A stretch of DNA of 64,000 bases, taken from contig CP181291.1 of assembly GCA_052279835.1 (NCBI GenBank), positions 3,936,001-4,000,000 on the forward strand, written 5' to 3'. This stretch comes from Microcoleus sp. (GTDB lineage Bacteria > Cyanobacteriota > Cyanobacteriia > Cyanobacteriales > Microcoleaceae). The translations under genes and the position numbers were made by a program. The notes under the pieces are model-generated. The model had not been told where the DNA came from. It did no database searches and saw only the letters and a program-made list of their open reading frames with translations. Shown here piece after piece: positions 53,325-64,000 of the stretch; position 1 is the first letter of the stretch; each line of letters starts with the position of its first letter.

Positions 53325-54935
53325 ATGCTTAGTGCCTTGCTCTGGTTGCCCGCGTTGGGCGCTGCGGTAGTCGGGTTCTTACCCGGAAATATCAAGGGAA
53401 TTCGTATGCGCTCAATAGCCTCGGCTTTTGCTGCTGTTGTTTTCCTTTTGAATCTCTGGCTGCTGACTCAATTCGACCAAGCCAATTCGGGACTGCAATT
53501 TCAAGAATATTTGCCTTGGATTCCACAATTAGGTTTAAGCTACAACTTGGGAATTGATGGCTTGTCTTTGCCACTGCTAGTTTTAAGCGCATTACTGACG
53601 CTATTAGTGATTTATGGCACTGGCGAAAATATGGAACGCCCCCAGCTTTATTACGCTTTAATTTTGCTAATAAATGCTGGTATTGCTGGAGCTTTGATGT
53701 CTCAAAATTTGCTGCTGTTTGTACTTTTTTACGAAATAGAATTAATTCCTTTTTATCTGTTGATTGCGATTTGGGGTGGGAAGCAGCGAGAATATGCTGC
53801 GATGAAGTTTCTAATCTATACCGCCGTTTCGGGACTTTTGGTGCTGGGAGCATTTTTGGGTATTGCTTGGTTGAGCGGTTCTTTAAACTTCGATTACAGC
53901 GCGATTAATACTCAAGAATTTCCCCTAAAAGAGCAGTTGATACTGTTAACAATTCTGCTGATTGGGTTGGGGATTAAAATTCCCTTGGTGCCACTACACA
54001 CTTGGCTACCGGATGCTTATGTGGAAGCTTCCCCAGCCACAGCAATTCTGTTGGGCGGTATTTTGGCAAAGTTGGGCACTTACGGTTTAGTCAGGTTCGG
54101 CTTGCAGATGTTTCCTGAAACTTGGACAATTATTGCTCCTGGTTTAGCGATTATCGGCACGGTGAGTGTGATGTATGGCGCTTTGAGTGCGATCGCCCAA
54201 AGAGACATCAAACGCATGGTAGCCTATAGTTCGATCGGACATATGGGATACATCCTGGTAGCCTGTGCAGCGGGCACGAAGCTAGCCTTAATCGGCGCTG
54301 TCGGGCAAATGGTAAGCCACGGCTTGATTTTAGCTTTGCTATTTTATTTAGTAGGCATCATCGAAACCAAAGTTGGCACGCGGGATTTGGACGTGCTCAA
54401 CGGCTTGATGAATCCGATGCGGGGTTTACCGACGGCAAGTTCGCTGTTAGTTTTGGGTGGGATGGCAAGTGCCGGTATTCCTGGTTTGGTGGGTTTTATT
54501 GCCGAATTTTTAGTATTTCAGGGCAGTTTTTCTATCTTTCCAATTCCCACTTTAATCTGCATTTTAGCTTCTGGTTTAACAGCCGTTTACTTTGTGATTC
54601 TACTCAATCGCACCTGTTTTGGGAAATTGGATAACGCTACGGCTTACTATCCTCCTGTTACCTTTGGCGAAAATATGCCAGCGCTGGTTTTGGCTGGTAT
54701 CATTTTTGTTTTGGGAATTCAGCCTGGTTGGTTGCTGAAGTGGAGCGAATCGACTACAAATGCGATCGTTGCTACTCTTCCGGCTGACAGAAATGCTCAA
54801 GTAGCTATTAGTTATTCCGTAGAAAAATCGGCGATTGAAATCGCATCTACACAAACGAAGTCCGCCTCCGTGGACCAAGAAAAGTCGGCGATTGAAATCG
54901 CGTCTACACAAACGAAGTCCGCCTCCGCGGACTAA
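53325..54935 (+). CDS. ndhD3: NDH-1 subunit D3 with repeat-derived C-terminal tail
   Basis: PLHTWLPDAYVEAS, KRMVAYSSIGHMG. Confidence 0.88.
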   Translation: MLSALLWLPALGAAVVGFLPGNIKGIRMRSIASAFAAVVFLLNLWLLTQFDQANSGLQFQEYLPWIPQLGLSYNLGIDGLSLPLLVLSALLTLLVIYGTGENMERPQLYYALILLINAGIAGALMSQNLLLFVLFYEIELIPFYLLIAIWGGKQREYAAMKFLIYTAVSGLLVLGAFLGIAWLSGSLNFDYSAINTQEFPLKEQLILLTILLIGLGIKIPLVPLHTWLPDAYVEASPATAILLGGILAKLGTYGLVRFGLQMFPETWTIIAPGLAIIGTVSVMYGALSAIAQRDIKRMVAYSSIGHMGYILVACAAGTKLALIGAVGQMVSHGLILALLFYLVGIIETKVGTRDLDVLNGLMNPMRGLPTASSLLVLGGMASAGIPGLVGFIAEFLVFQGSFSIFPIPTLICILASGLTAVYFVILLNRTCFGKLDNATAYYPPVTFGENMPALVLAGIIFVLGIQPGWLLKWSESTTNAIVATLPADRNAQVAISYSVEKSAIEIASTQTKSASVDQEKSAIEIASTQTKSASAD

Positions 54936-54951
54936 GAAAAGTCGGCGATTT
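54821..54951 (+). repeat. 57-bp tandem dispersed repeat (two full copies plus a partial); inverted homolog at 38814-38862
   Basis: TCGGCGATTGAAATCGC..CTACACAAACGAAGTCCGCCTCCG.GGAC. Confidence 0.8.
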
Positions 54952-55110
54952 AACTGGTTCCTAGGCTCTGCCTGGGAACCGATATCCAGAGGCTCTGCCT
55001 CGCTTTTGAGTAGGAAAATTGGAGGCAGAGCCTCCGGTTATGCGTTACCAGGCTCTTCCTGGGAACGAGTAGAAAGATTTAAGAATTCACTCAAAATAAG
55101 GAAAAAAAAA

Positions 55111-56433
55111 ATGGTACAAACTCCTAATAAACCGGCAACTAAACTACCTCCTTCCAAGCACGAATTTGCGGAGGTAATTCATCGGCTAGAAGCAGGCGGC
55201 GCGATGATTCCAGATACGCCGGAAAATCTGATGCAAATCATCGCTATTTGGAAAGCTTATGCAGTCCCGATGGACTTCTACTGGCGGGATTTGCTTTACA
55301 TCGCTGAACGAGTCTTTTTACACCCGCTTCCTTTCTTTAAATACTTCTTACCTCAAGAGTATTTAGACTTGCAAAATCACTATGCAGGTGACGGTGCAGA
55401 TTTGCGAATCTGGCGGGGGACTGGCAGCGTTCACCCTGAACTTTTGGAGTTCATGGAAAAGGGAGAAACTGGTAAACTACCACGACTGTTTCACCATTTG
55501 TGGCACGATCGCATTAACATGGAATTTGCTGAAGAGTGCATGAGATCGATGCTTTGGCACCGGGGCTTGTACGTCCCAACCAATCAATTCGATCCTTATT
55601 TGGACAGTGACGAATATAAAGCTAATGCCGATCGCGCCATTAAAGCTTACTTCAAAAAAGACCCGTTCATGCTGGGACTTCATGCAGCATTTCCCGAAAT
55701 GTTTTTAGAACAATGTCGCCAAATGTCTTATTACAGCAATCTCGGTTTATTCTGGGAAGTAATGGCACCGGTGTTTTTTGAAGTTTCCGACTTGTACGAT
55801 GAAGGGAAAGTTAAGACAGTCCCCGATGCGATGAACTTCCTGGTAAATGGGATATTTGCGATCGCCGGAAGGCCAATTTACCACCACGTTTACATCGACG
55901 GCGAGAAGTACGAAATCATCCCCAAATCCAAAGGTTTCACATGGCTTTACGAAGCAGCATTACCTTACGTAGAAGCTGTATTTTACCGCACTTCGCCGTT
56001 CCGAGGCACCAAATCTTACAACGCCCAAGCTAGAGAAGTTCCCGACGATCAAAAAGACTTCCACTACGGAGTGTTGTATGCAGACAAATTCCCCGTAGGT
56101 ACGGCAGGAATTCCACCGACATTGCTAGCCCAAGATATGTTGCATTTCTTGCCGCCTTACTTGCTGGATTTCTACAAACAGCGCTGTCGCGGCGAAGATG
56201 ATATCCTGAATCAAATTGGGGTAACATTTCAGCGATCGATGTACTGTGTAACTTCCGCAGTATTTCAAGCATTGCGGACTGCGCTGTTATATCCTTTGGA
56301 TGACCCAAATCCGAAGCATTTGAAGGCAAATCGAGCATTTTTCGAGTCACAGATCGATCGCTTCTGCCGCCCCGAATACGGCATGAAATATGCGGCGAAA
56401 TTGAATAGCATTCAGACTTCCGATTACAGGTAA
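55111..56433 (+). CDS. cupA: CO2 hydration protein CupA (ChpY)
   Basis: IHRLEAGG, HLWHDRINMEFAE, SYNAQA; about 440 aa. Confidence 0.92.
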   Translation: MVQTPNKPATKLPPSKHEFAEVIHRLEAGGAMIPDTPENLMQIIAIWKAYAVPMDFYWRDLLYIAERVFLHPLPFFKYFLPQEYLDLQNHYAGDGADLRIWRGTGSVHPELLEFMEKGETGKLPRLFHHLWHDRINMEFAEECMRSMLWHRGLYVPTNQFDPYLDSDEYKANADRAIKAYFKKDPFMLGLHAAFPEMFLEQCRQMSYYSNLGLFWEVMAPVFFEVSDLYDEGKVKTVPDAMNFLVNGIFAIAGRPIYHHVYIDGEKYEIIPKSKGFTWLYEAALPYVEAVFYRTSPFRGTKSYNAQAREVPDDQKDFHYGVLYADKFPVGTAGIPPTLLAQDMLHFLPPYLLDFYKQRCRGEDDILNQIGVTFQRSMYCVTSAVFQALRTALLYPLDDPNPKHLKANRAFFESQIDRFCRPEYGMKYAAKLNSIQTSDYR

Positions 56434-56657
56434 AGACTGTTTAGCTGCGAGTCCACGAGTCCGCCAGGGGTTTAAACCCCTGGCTCAAAGCTCAAGTCGG
56501 TTGAAACCGACTGGGGAACATGAGAGCTTTTGAATTGGTTTCAACAGTGGTATAATATTAAATCAGTTAGCATCATAATTATTCATCTTTCACTCTTCTC
56601 TTCCTCTGCGCTCTCTGCGCTCTCTGTGGTTAAATCATTCCAATCTAAAAAAGAATC

Positions 56658-56864
56658 ATGAATAGCCAAGATGTAGCAAAATATATCGAAGCCACCGATG
56701 GGAGTTCCAAACCTTGGCTGTTAGTGCAACTGCGCCTCAAAAAACTGCAAGAAAGGCGATCGGAGATTTCTGCTGAAGAGTATATAACAGAACTTACCGA
56801 CATTCACCAAGACTTAATGAATCTGGGGGAATGGTGGCTCGGCATCGAAGATGAAGTATTTTAA
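56658..56864 (+). CDS. Conserved hypothetical protein
   Basis: SKPWLLVQLRLKKLQE...LGEWW. Confidence 0.7.
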   Translation: MNSQDVAKYIEATDGSSKPWLLVQLRLKKLQERRSEISAEEYITELTDIHQDLMNLGEWWLGIEDEVF

Positions 56865-56893
56865 AAGCCACAAACTATTTTGTATCAGGCATA

Positions 56894-57232
56894 ATGGAAG
56901 TACAACCGAGAGACATTCAAAATTACCAAACAGCAGATGGAAAAATTCCTTTCTCAGAGTGGCGGGATGCGTTGCGAGATAGCAGAGCTAAAGCTAAAAT
57001 ACGGGCTAAGCTCAACCAAGTGAGACTCGGTAATTTAGGTGACTTTAGCTTTGTTGGAGAAGGAGTCTGCGAATTGAGAATTGACTATGGCCCTGGCTAT
57101 CGGATTTACTTTGGACAAATAGGGCAAACAATTGTACTTCTTCTATGTGGCGGAGATAAAAGCACTCAAGAACAAGACATCCGCAAAGCAATAAAATACT
57201 GGAGGGATTATGAGAGTAGAGATGATGTCTAG
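56894..57232 (+). CDS. RelE/ParE-type addiction module toxin
   Basis: ELRIDYGPGYRIYF...GGDKSTQ. Confidence 0.9.
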   Translation: MEVQPRDIQNYQTADGKIPFSEWRDALRDSRAKAKIRAKLNQVRLGNLGDFSFVGEGVCELRIDYGPGYRIYFGQIGQTIVLLLCGGDKSTQEQDIRKAIKYWRDYESRDDV

Positions 57233-57527
57233 AAGTATCAGCTATCAAGAAGAATTAATTGAATCTCTAAAAGATCCTTTAGAGGCAGCTCCTTATATTG
57301 AGGCTTGCTTGGAGGAGGAGAATTCAGAGGTGCTAAAGCTGGCATTAAATGATGTTGTTGAGGCTCATCACAGGATGAATGAACTCTCAGAAGATGTTAC
57401 AGCACTTTTGACCAAACTGGGCGAACTATTGTCGGAAAAAAAAGGATCGGAAATTTACTGTTTGAGTGCTTTACTGGATGCACTGGGTTTTCAACTGACT
57501 GTGACTGTTAAGCAGAGAAATTATTGA
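57222..57527 (+). CDS. Cognate antitoxin
   Basis: Paralog of 27957-28274. Confidence 0.78.
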   Translation: MMSRSISYQEELIESLKDPLEAAPYIEACLEEENSEVLKLALNDVVEAHHRMNELSEDVTALLTKLGELLSEKKGSEIYCLSALLDALGFQLTVTVKQRNY

Positions 57528-57684
57528 AAAGTTGAAGTTGCCACCCCCTACAAGTTAGCGCAGGCTGTTGATGTGTCGATCGCACAGAGGATTGTCCATT
57601 TTCTACCTTCATGTTCTCACTTAGCCATTAGTTTTAATTTTTCCTTTGCCCATTCTCGTAGTTGCACGTCGGGCCGATCGCCCT

Positions 57685-58155
57685 TTAAAATTTCTCCATC
57701 AAATCTTTTTCTGCGGCATAAACATCTCGTAGCTGTTGTAGCCCCGCCCCAGAAATCGCCGATTTAACTTTAGCTACCAACAGTCCCCACTCCCACAAGC
57801 TGTCTACAGAAACAGCCTGTTTGAACTGGTGCGTGTAGAATTTAGTCCAAAACACTGGTGCTAGTTTGCTTTTCCAGCGTTTGTACCATCTGCCAAAATC
57901 TTGCAGTGCGGGTTCATTTACTTCCACAATCGGCGGAAAATCGGCGTAGCTGACAAACCGGCTGATGTGTTTGGCGTGCACGTAAACCATGTAGCGACAG
58001 CATTCGATGCGGTAAATGTCGTCAACTGCGATATTGAACAGCAGCGCAACAGTTTCTTCTGTGACGAATCGCGCCAGGGGATGCAGGATGGGAGATTTGT
58101 GAATTATCTTGGATTCTGCGATCGCCGATGATTTTCTCGAAGTATCTGATATCAT
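57685..58155 (-). CDS. Hypothetical protein
   Basis: 156-aa ORF (SRFVSYADFPP), divergent from the XRE genes. Confidence 0.65.
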   Translation of the reverse strand: MISDTSRKSSAIAESKIIHKSPILHPLARFVTEETVALLFNIAVDDIYRIECCRYMVYVHAKHISRFVSYADFPPIVEVNEPALQDFGRWYKRWKSKLAPVFWTKFYTHQFKQAVSVDSLWEWGLLVAKVKSAISGAGLQQLRDVYAAEKDLMEKF

Positions 58156-58322
58156 AGTAAGTGCCTATTCTGATTGTAGATAAATCTATTGATGGTAGGT
58201 CAGACAGCTAGTAACTGTCTATTGAAGTTTTGAAAACGATCGCCCTTTAGTTTTCGAGGCTAGAGGGCGATCGGCTTTTTAGATAAAATAACTATAAGGT
58301 GTCATAGCACCCATTGTCAAGC

Positions 58323-58535
58323 ATGGGTTTAGTAAGAATTAAAGTTAGAGAACTAGCAGAAGAGAAAGGCTGGACATTCAAGGAAGTTTCAGAACGTTCT
58401 GGTGTTGTGTACAACACTGTCAAGCATTATGCTCGCTGTCCAGGGCTGACAACGGTTGACTTCACTTTGTTGCGGAAATTAGCTCGGACTTTTGATGTGA
58501 TGATTGAGGATTTGGTTGAGGTTTTGGAGGAATAG
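58323..58535 (+). CDS. XRE/HTH_26 regulator, copy 1
   Basis: VRELAEEKGWTFKEVSERSGV. Confidence 0.85.
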   Translation: MGLVRIKVRELAEEKGWTFKEVSERSGVVYNTVKHYARCPGLTTVDFTLLRKLARTFDVMIEDLVEVLEE

Positions 58536-58621
58536 TCGATCGCTCGATCGTTGTCCAGACGTGAGGCGATCGCTTTTTCAGATGCAATTATCTTAAAACG
58601 CAACTGCATTATTTGTCAAGC

Positions 58622-58834
58622 ATGGGTTTAGTCAGAGTTAAAGTGCGAGAGCTAGCGGCTGAGAGGGGCTGGACATTTAAGGAGGTGGCTGAGCGATCGG
58701 GCGTGATCTACAGCACCATAACCAGCTATGCTCGTCGTTCCGAAATATCAATGGTTGACTTTACGGCCCTGTATAAGTTAGCGCGGGCGTTTGATGTGAT
58801 GATTGAGGACTTGGTGGAGATTATTGAGGAATAG
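58622..58834 (+). CDS. XRE/HTH_26 regulator, copy 2
   Basis: Tandem paralog at a 299-bp period. Confidence 0.85.
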   Translation: MGLVRVKVRELAAERGWTFKEVAERSGVIYSTITSYARRSEISMVDFTALYKLARAFDVMIEDLVEIIEE

Positions 58835-58989
58835 ATTGATCGCTCGATCGTTGTCCAGACGTGAGCCGATCGCTTTTTTGTATTTGTTGCACTATAGCAT
58901 AATTAACTGTGGCTTTTCAAACATTATCGCACTTAATCTGACCGAGGATGCTAATATCAAGAAAAGTTATTCATAGTTGATTATTATTC

Positions 58990-59184
58990 GTGGCAAAAAC
59001 TAATACTGCGATCGCGGTCAGTTCCGTGATTAAGGAAGTCATTCAAAAACAAGCCCAAGCGACCAGACTCACCCAGAAGGAAGTCGTGTATTTGGGAATG
59101 CTGGCAATTGATGCACTCGATAAGGAAAGTCGCCAAGAGTTGGCGGACAAGGTGCACCAGATGCAAGTGAATGGCGAGATTTGA
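58990..59184 (+). CDS. Small hypothetical protein, possibly RHH-like
   Basis: GTG start; TAIAVS strand followed by two helices. Confidence 0.5.
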   Translation: MAKTNTAIAVSSVIKEVIQKQAQATRLTQKEVVYLGMLAIDALDKESRQELADKVHQMQVNGEI

Positions 59185-59313
59185 ACAAAAAGGAAAGCCA
59201 GGTGGGTGTCCAGAAACCGGGTTTTTACGAAAATACTTCGTTGTAACAGACAAATTAGCTAAAAACCCGGTTTCTCTCGTCCTAGTGGGTAAATCCCGTA
59301 TCCCGAATCTCAA

Positions 59314-59580
59314 ATGGTAGAATTATCTGGAACTACCAACATCCGCGATTCTATTTCTTCCCAGGTTTTTGCTGATATTCTCACTGCTGCCTACGTACAG
59401 GCTTTTCTTGGTCTAGCTTTTTCTTTGCAGTATCAACAGACCCTTGAGTTCGACAATAAAGATAAGGAATTAAGCAGAGAATTTTTCTCTGATATGCACG
59501 ATATGGACTGGCTGATGAATGTATACAGAGTTTTTCTTATCAATTCAGTATTTACTCACTTGTGGGAAGTTATCTCCTAA
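59314..59580 (+). CDS. Hypothetical protein or gene fragment
   Basis: 88-aa ORF only. Confidence 0.3.
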   Translation: MVELSGTTNIRDSISSQVFADILTAAYVQAFLGLAFSLQYQQTLEFDNKDKELSREFFSDMHDMDWLMNVYRVFLINSVFTHLWEVIS

Positions 59581-59875
59581 GCTTAGGGGTTCTTATTTTG
59601 GGGCTGAAATTGCTCCTATTCCTGATAAAAATACCCCAAGGCTTGCTCTATCGCTCTAAGATTCATGATTAACAGACATGGTAGCAATTGTGGTGTTGCT
59701 GAATCACAGTATGAAAATAGATAAGTTGGAAATTCCGAAGATGTTCTGACGCGCTTATTTCATTTTTTCCAGATTGAGTCGTTCATACCATAAATCAGCA
59801 ACACCGCAATTGTTTCCTGCGCTAACTTGGCAAAAAAAAATACTCTTCAATCTCAATAATTAACCAACCTATACC

Positions 59876-59908
59876 AAAAAATCCCCCGCCAGAAGGCAGG
59901 GGATTTCA
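59876..59908 (-). terminator. Rho-independent terminator after psaB
   Basis: aaatcccccgcc-agaa-ggcaggggattt hairpin followed by a U-run on the minus strand. Confidence 0.7.
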
Positions 59909-59937
59909 TTTAATTACCTAGAAACCAGAGTTCAGAG

Positions 59938-62166
59938 TTACCCGAATTTCCCGGCCGTCGAGGCAATTACAAAGGCCGCGTAAGTGAAGACATTACCCAC
60001 CGTAAAGTGAACTAAGCCAACCAAACGACCTTGGACGATAGAAAGAGCAACTGGCTTGTCCTTCCAGCGAACCAAGTTCGCCAAAGGAGTGCGCTCGTGA
60101 GCCCAAACCAAAGTCTCGATCAACTCTTGCCAGTAACCTCTCCAAGAGATCAGGAACATGAAACCAGTTGCCCAAACCAGGTGTCCGAATAAGAACATCC
60201 AAGCCCAGACTGACAAGTTGTTAGTACCATACGGGTTGTAACCGTTGATCAACTGAGAAGAATACAGCCAGAGGTAATCGCGGAACCAGCCCATCAGGTA
60301 GGTAGAAGACTCATTGAACTGAGCCACGTTACCTTGCCAGATGCCTAGGTGTTTCCAGTGCCAGTAGAACGTTACCCAAGCTAGGGTGTTCAACATCCAG
60401 AAGACAGACAGGTACATCGCGTCCCAAGCAGAGATGTCGCAAGTACCGCCACGGCCGGGGCCGTCGCAAGGGAAAGCATAACCGAAGTCTTTTTTGTCCG
60501 GCATCAGCTTAGAACCGCGTGCATCCAGAGCGCCTTTGACCAAGATCAAGGTGGTGGTGTGCAAGCCGAGGGCGATCGCGTGGTGAACCAAGAAATCGCC
60601 AGGTCCGATCGCTAAGAACAGAGAATTGGTACTGCTGTTGATGGCATCGATCCAGCCTGGGAGCCATACGTTGCCGTAGTTGGGCCAAGCGGTAGCAGCA
60701 ATGCTATCAGGGTTGGAAAGTAGGACATCCATGCCGTACAGAGCCTTCCCGTGAGCAGCTTGGATGAACTGTGCGAACACTGGTTCAATCAAGATTTGCT
60801 TTTCAGGAGTTCCGAAAGCGACTACAACGTCGTTGTGAACGTACAGGCCTAGTGTGTGGAAGCCCAAGAACAGCGACACCCAGCTCAGGTGAGAGATAAT
60901 CGCTTCTTTGTGCTGCAACACGCGATCGAGCACGTTACCTTTGTTAGCGTCAGGATCGTAGTCCCGCACCAGGAAGATAGCTCCGTGGGCGAAAGCGCCG
61001 ACCATGATGAATCCAGCAATGTACTGGTGGTGCGTGTACAACGCAGCCATCGTTGTGTGATCCTGCGCTATGAAAGCATAGGGAGGCATCGCGTACATAT
61101 GCTGCGCTACCAGAGAGGTAATCACACCCAAAGCAGCGAGGTGAAATCCTAACTGGAAGTGCAGGGAGTTGTTGTAGGTTTCGTAGAGACCTTGGTGAGG
61201 CAGGTTGAACTGACCTTCACTCTTGCCGCCTACCAAACCTGCTTTAGAATCCAACATTTCTTTGATGTTGTGACCGATACCGAAGTTTGTCCGGTACATA
61301 TGGCCAGCAACAATAAACAAGACAGCGATCGCCAAATGGTGATGAGCAATGTCAGTCAACCAGAGGGATTCTGTTTGGGGGTGGAAGCCACCCAAGAAAG
61401 TCAGAATTGCAGTTCCTGCGCCTTCGGAAGTACCGAAAACGTGGCTTGCAGCATCTGGATTCTCGGCGTATACGCCCCAGTTACCTGTAAAGAAAGGAGC
61501 CAAACCAGCCGGGTGAGGAGGGGTAGACAAGAAGTTTTCCCAACCTACGTGCTGTCCGCGAGATTCGGGGATAGCAACGTGAACCATGTGACCAGTCCAA
61601 GCCAAAGAGCTGACACCGAACAAACCAGCCAAGTGGTGGTTGAGGCGAGATTCAGCATTTTTGAACCAAGACAAGCTGGGGCGGTACTTAGGCTGGAGGT
61701 GCAACCAACCAGCAAACAGGAAGACAGAAGCCAGCAGCAGCAGGAAGATAGCTCCCTGGTACAGGTCGGCGTTAGTCCGAATTCCTTGAGTAAACCACCA
61801 GTGGTACACACCAGAGTAAGAGATGTCCACCGGATTAGAAGCGCCAGCTTGAGTGAAAGCCTCTACTGCTGGAGCGCCGAATTGCGGGTCCCAAATCGCG
61901 TGAGCGATCGGGCGGACGTTTAGAGGGTCTTTAATCCACTGTTCAAAGTTACCTTGCCATGCTACGTGGAACAGGCTGCCGGAAGTCCACAAGAAAATGA
62001 TTGCTAGGTGGCCGAAGTGAGAAGCAAAAATCTTTTGGTAAAGATTTTCTTCGGTCATGCCATCGTGGCTTTCAAAGTCGTGTGCTGTGGCAATCCCGTA
62101 CCAGATCCGCCGTGTAGTCGGGTCTTGGGCAAGGTCTTGGCTAAATTTTGGAAATTTGGTTGCCAT
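59938..62166 (-). CDS. psaB: Photosystem I core protein PsaB
   Basis: [33 protein letters not shown]. Confidence 0.98.
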   Translation of the reverse strand: MATKFPKFSQDLAQDPTTRRIWYGIATAHDFESHDGMTEENLYQKIFASHFGHLAIIFLWTSGSLFHVAWQGNFEQWIKDPLNVRPIAHAIWDPQFGAPAVEAFTQAGASNPVDISYSGVYHWWFTQGIRTNADLYQGAIFLLLLASVFLFAGWLHLQPKYRPSLSWFKNAESRLNHHLAGLFGVSSLAWTGHMVHVAIPESRGQHVGWENFLSTPPHPAGLAPFFTGNWGVYAENPDAASHVFGTSEGAGTAILTFLGGFHPQTESLWLTDIAHHHLAIAVLFIVAGHMYRTNFGIGHNIKEMLDSKAGLVGGKSEGQFNLPHQGLYETYNNSLHFQLGFHLAALGVITSLVAQHMYAMPPYAFIAQDHTTMAALYTHHQYIAGFIMVGAFAHGAIFLVRDYDPDANKGNVLDRVLQHKEAIISHLSWVSLFLGFHTLGLYVHNDVVVAFGTPEKQILIEPVFAQFIQAAHGKALYGMDVLLSNPDSIAATAWPNYGNVWLPGWIDAINSSTNSLFLAIGPGDFLVHHAIALGLHTTTLILVKGALDARGSKLMPDKKDFGYAFPCDGPGRGGTCDISAWDAMYLSVFWMLNTLAWVTFYWHWKHLGIWQGNVAQFNESSTYLMGWFRDYLWLYSSQLINGYNPYGTNNLSVWAWMFLFGHLVWATGFMFLISWRGYWQELIETLVWAHERTPLANLVRWKDKPVALSIVQGRLVGLVHFTVGNVFTYAAFVIASTAGKFG

Positions 62167-62274
62167 AAGCCTTGATAAATCCTGAATCCTGAACGTTGAA
62201 GGGGTTCGGTTCGGAGGTTTGGGTTCCGGGTTTGAGAGCGATCCCAAATCCAGAATCCAAAACCTGGAGGTAGT

Positions 62275-64000
62275 TTAACCTACCGAGATGATTCGCGCTA
62301 AGAAGAATGCCCACGTTGTGACAATTCCTCCTAGGAGGTAGTGAGCTACACCCACAGCCCGACCCTGAGTAATGCTCAGAGCGCGAGGTTGAATCGAAGG
62401 AGCTACCTTGAGTTTATTATGAGCCCAAACAATGGACTCAATCAATTCTTGCCAGTAACCACGACCGCTGAACAGGAACATCAAGCTGAAGGCGAAGACA
62501 AAGTGTCCAGCTAGGAACATCAGACCGTAGGCCGACAGTGCCGAACCGTAGGACTGAATCACCTGAGAAGCTTGGGCCCACAGGAAGTCACGCAACCAAC
62601 CATTGATAGTGATCGCACTTTGTGCGAAATTACCACCGGTGATGTGAGAAATTGTGCCATCTGAATCGACGGTTCCCCACACGTCCGACTGCATTTTCCA
62701 GCTAAAGTGGAAAATCACAATCGAGATGCAGTTATACATCCAGAACAAGCCTAAGAAGACGTGATCCCAACCTGAAACTTGGCAGGTGCCGCCACGGCCG
62801 GGGCCGTCGCAAGGGAACCGGAAGCCCAAGTTGCCTTTGTCAGGCACTAAGCGAGAACTGCGTGCGAACAACACGCCCTTCAAAAGAATCAGAACTGTAA
62901 CGTGAATTGTGAAAGCGTGGATGTGGTGGATCATGAAATCCGCCGTACCCAACTCGATCGGCATCATCGCTACTTTGCCGCCTACTGCTACAGCACCGCC
63001 GCCAAAAGCGTGACTGACGATTTCCATAGCATTAGGAGCTGTGTTACCCGGAGCCGCAGCGTGAATATTTTGTATCCACTGGGCAAATACTGGGCGCAAT
63101 TGAATCCCGGTATCCGAGAACAAATCTTGGGGACGACCGAAAGCGCGCATCGTGTCGTTGTGAACGTATAAACCAAAGCTGTGGAAGCCTAAGAATATAC
63201 AAACCCAGTTCAAGTGAGAGATAATTGCATCTCTGTGGCGGAGTACCCGATCGAGCAAGTTATTGACGTGCTGCGCCGGATCGTAATCCCTAACCATGAA
63301 GATTGCTGCGTGAGCCGCTGCTCCCACAATCAGGAATCCGCCAATCCACATGTGGTGGGTGAACAGGGATAGCTGAGTCGGGTAGTCGGTCGCGATGTAC
63401 GGATACGGAGGCATCGCGTACATATGTTGAGCCACGATGATGCTGATCGAGCCCATCAAAGCCAAGTTCAACGACAGTTGGGCGTGCCAAGACTGCGTGA
63501 AGATTTCGTACATCCCTTTGTGGCCTTCGCCAGTGAAGGGACCTTTGTGAGCTTCCAAAACTTCTTTAAAGCTGTGGCCGATGCCCCAGTTAGTGCGGTA
63601 CATATGACCGGCGACGATGAACAGCACTGCCAACGCTAAGTGATGGTGCGCTGTATCGCTCAGCCACAAACCGCCTGTGGTGGGATTCAGACCGCCTTTA
63701 AAGGTCAGGAAGTCAGTGTATGCGCCCCAGTTGAGGGTGAAGAAGGGCGTTAAACCTTGAGCGAAGCTGGGGTAGATGTCAGCCATCAAGCTCGGGTTCA
63801 AAAGCCACTCGTGTGGCAGAGGGATATCGGCAACTGTTTTAATCAGTTTGCCACCTACTGTCAACGGTGAGCCTGCATCGATCGCGTCCATGCAAGCATT
63901 GATCGGCAGAGCAACGTGAATTTGTTGTCCTGCGAAGCCCAAGCAGCCGCAGCCTAGCAAACCTGCCAAGTGGTGGTTCATCATCGATTCCACGTTCTGG
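62275..64000 (-). CDS. psaA: Photosystem I core protein PsaA (5' part outside the window)
   Basis: [13 protein letters not shown]; ends RIISVG. Confidence 0.98.
   Translation of the reverse strand, partial: QNVESMMNHHLAGLLGCGCLGFAGQQIHVALPINACMDAIDAGSPLTVGGKLIKTVADIPLPHEWLLNPSLMADIYPSFAQGLTPFFTLNWGAYTDFLTFKGGLNPTTGGLWLSDTAHHHLALAVLFIVAGHMYRTNWGIGHSFKEVLEAHKGPFTGEGHKGMYEIFTQSWHAQLSLNLALMGSISIIVAQHMYAMPPYPYIATDYPTQLSLFTHHMWIGGFLIVGAAAHAAIFMVRDYDPAQHVNNLLDRVLRHRDAIISHLNWVCIFLGFHSFGLYVHNDTMRAFGRPQDLFSDTGIQLRPVFAQWIQNIHAAAPGNTAPNAMEIVSHAFGGGAVAVGGKVAMMPIELGTADFMIHHIHAFTIHVTVLILLKGVLFARSSRLVPDKGNLGFRFPCDGPGRGGTCQVSGWDHVFLGLFWMYNCISIVIFHFSWKMQSDVWGTVDSDGTISHITGGNFAQSAITINGWLRDFLWAQASQVIQSYGSALSAYGLMFLAGHFVFAFSLMFLFSGRGYWQELIESIVWAHNKLKVAPSIQPRALSITQGRAVGVAHYLLGGIVTTWAFFLARIISVG

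Noticed and set aside
54835..55110. 92-aa N-terminal extension of CupA in the ORF track
   Set aside because: It is translated repeat sequence; the CupA-like sequence starts at the ATG at 55111
60856..61923. Long antisense ORFs over psaB, and similar shadow ORFs elsewhere
   Set aside because: Codon-bias shadows of real genes with no recognisable motifs
59938..64000. Far-red-light psaAB paralogs
   Set aside because: The sequences look largely canonical with a few substitutions, and no far-red cluster genes are visible; a phylogeny would be needed

Overview
This 64-kb window is from a filamentous cyanobacterium: HIP1 (GCGATCGC) sites are dense and psaA/psaB, ndhF3-ndhD3-cupA and hetR are present. 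The gene and repeat content suggests a Microcoleus/Oscillatoriales-type host (inference). Housekeeping genes (sir, rsmE, cysC, wza/wzc, SSA dehydrogenase plus 2-oxoglutarate decarboxylase, mraY, glycosyltransferases) are interleaved with toxin-antitoxin pairs, Uma2 genes, a Menshen-like defence operon, an IS607 remnant and many small dispersed repeats. The main finding is a complete IS110 (IS621-like) element at 43500-45188. Its bridge RNA can be folded by eye, its guides match both the element ends and a host REP-like repeat target, and its left end carries a ~20 x 20-bp CGATCG tandem array between the circle-junction promoter and the bridge RNA. Other highlights: tandem patX-like genes (one with ERGSGRR, one degenerate) with DIF1-like promoters next to hetR; a sulfite reductase with a C-terminal ribbon-helix-helix-like tail and upstream direct repeats; and an uncharacterised HIP1-flanked two-gene cassette. 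Four genes have +1 homopolymer frameshifts, probably sequencing errors. All calls come from reading the sequence; no searches were run.
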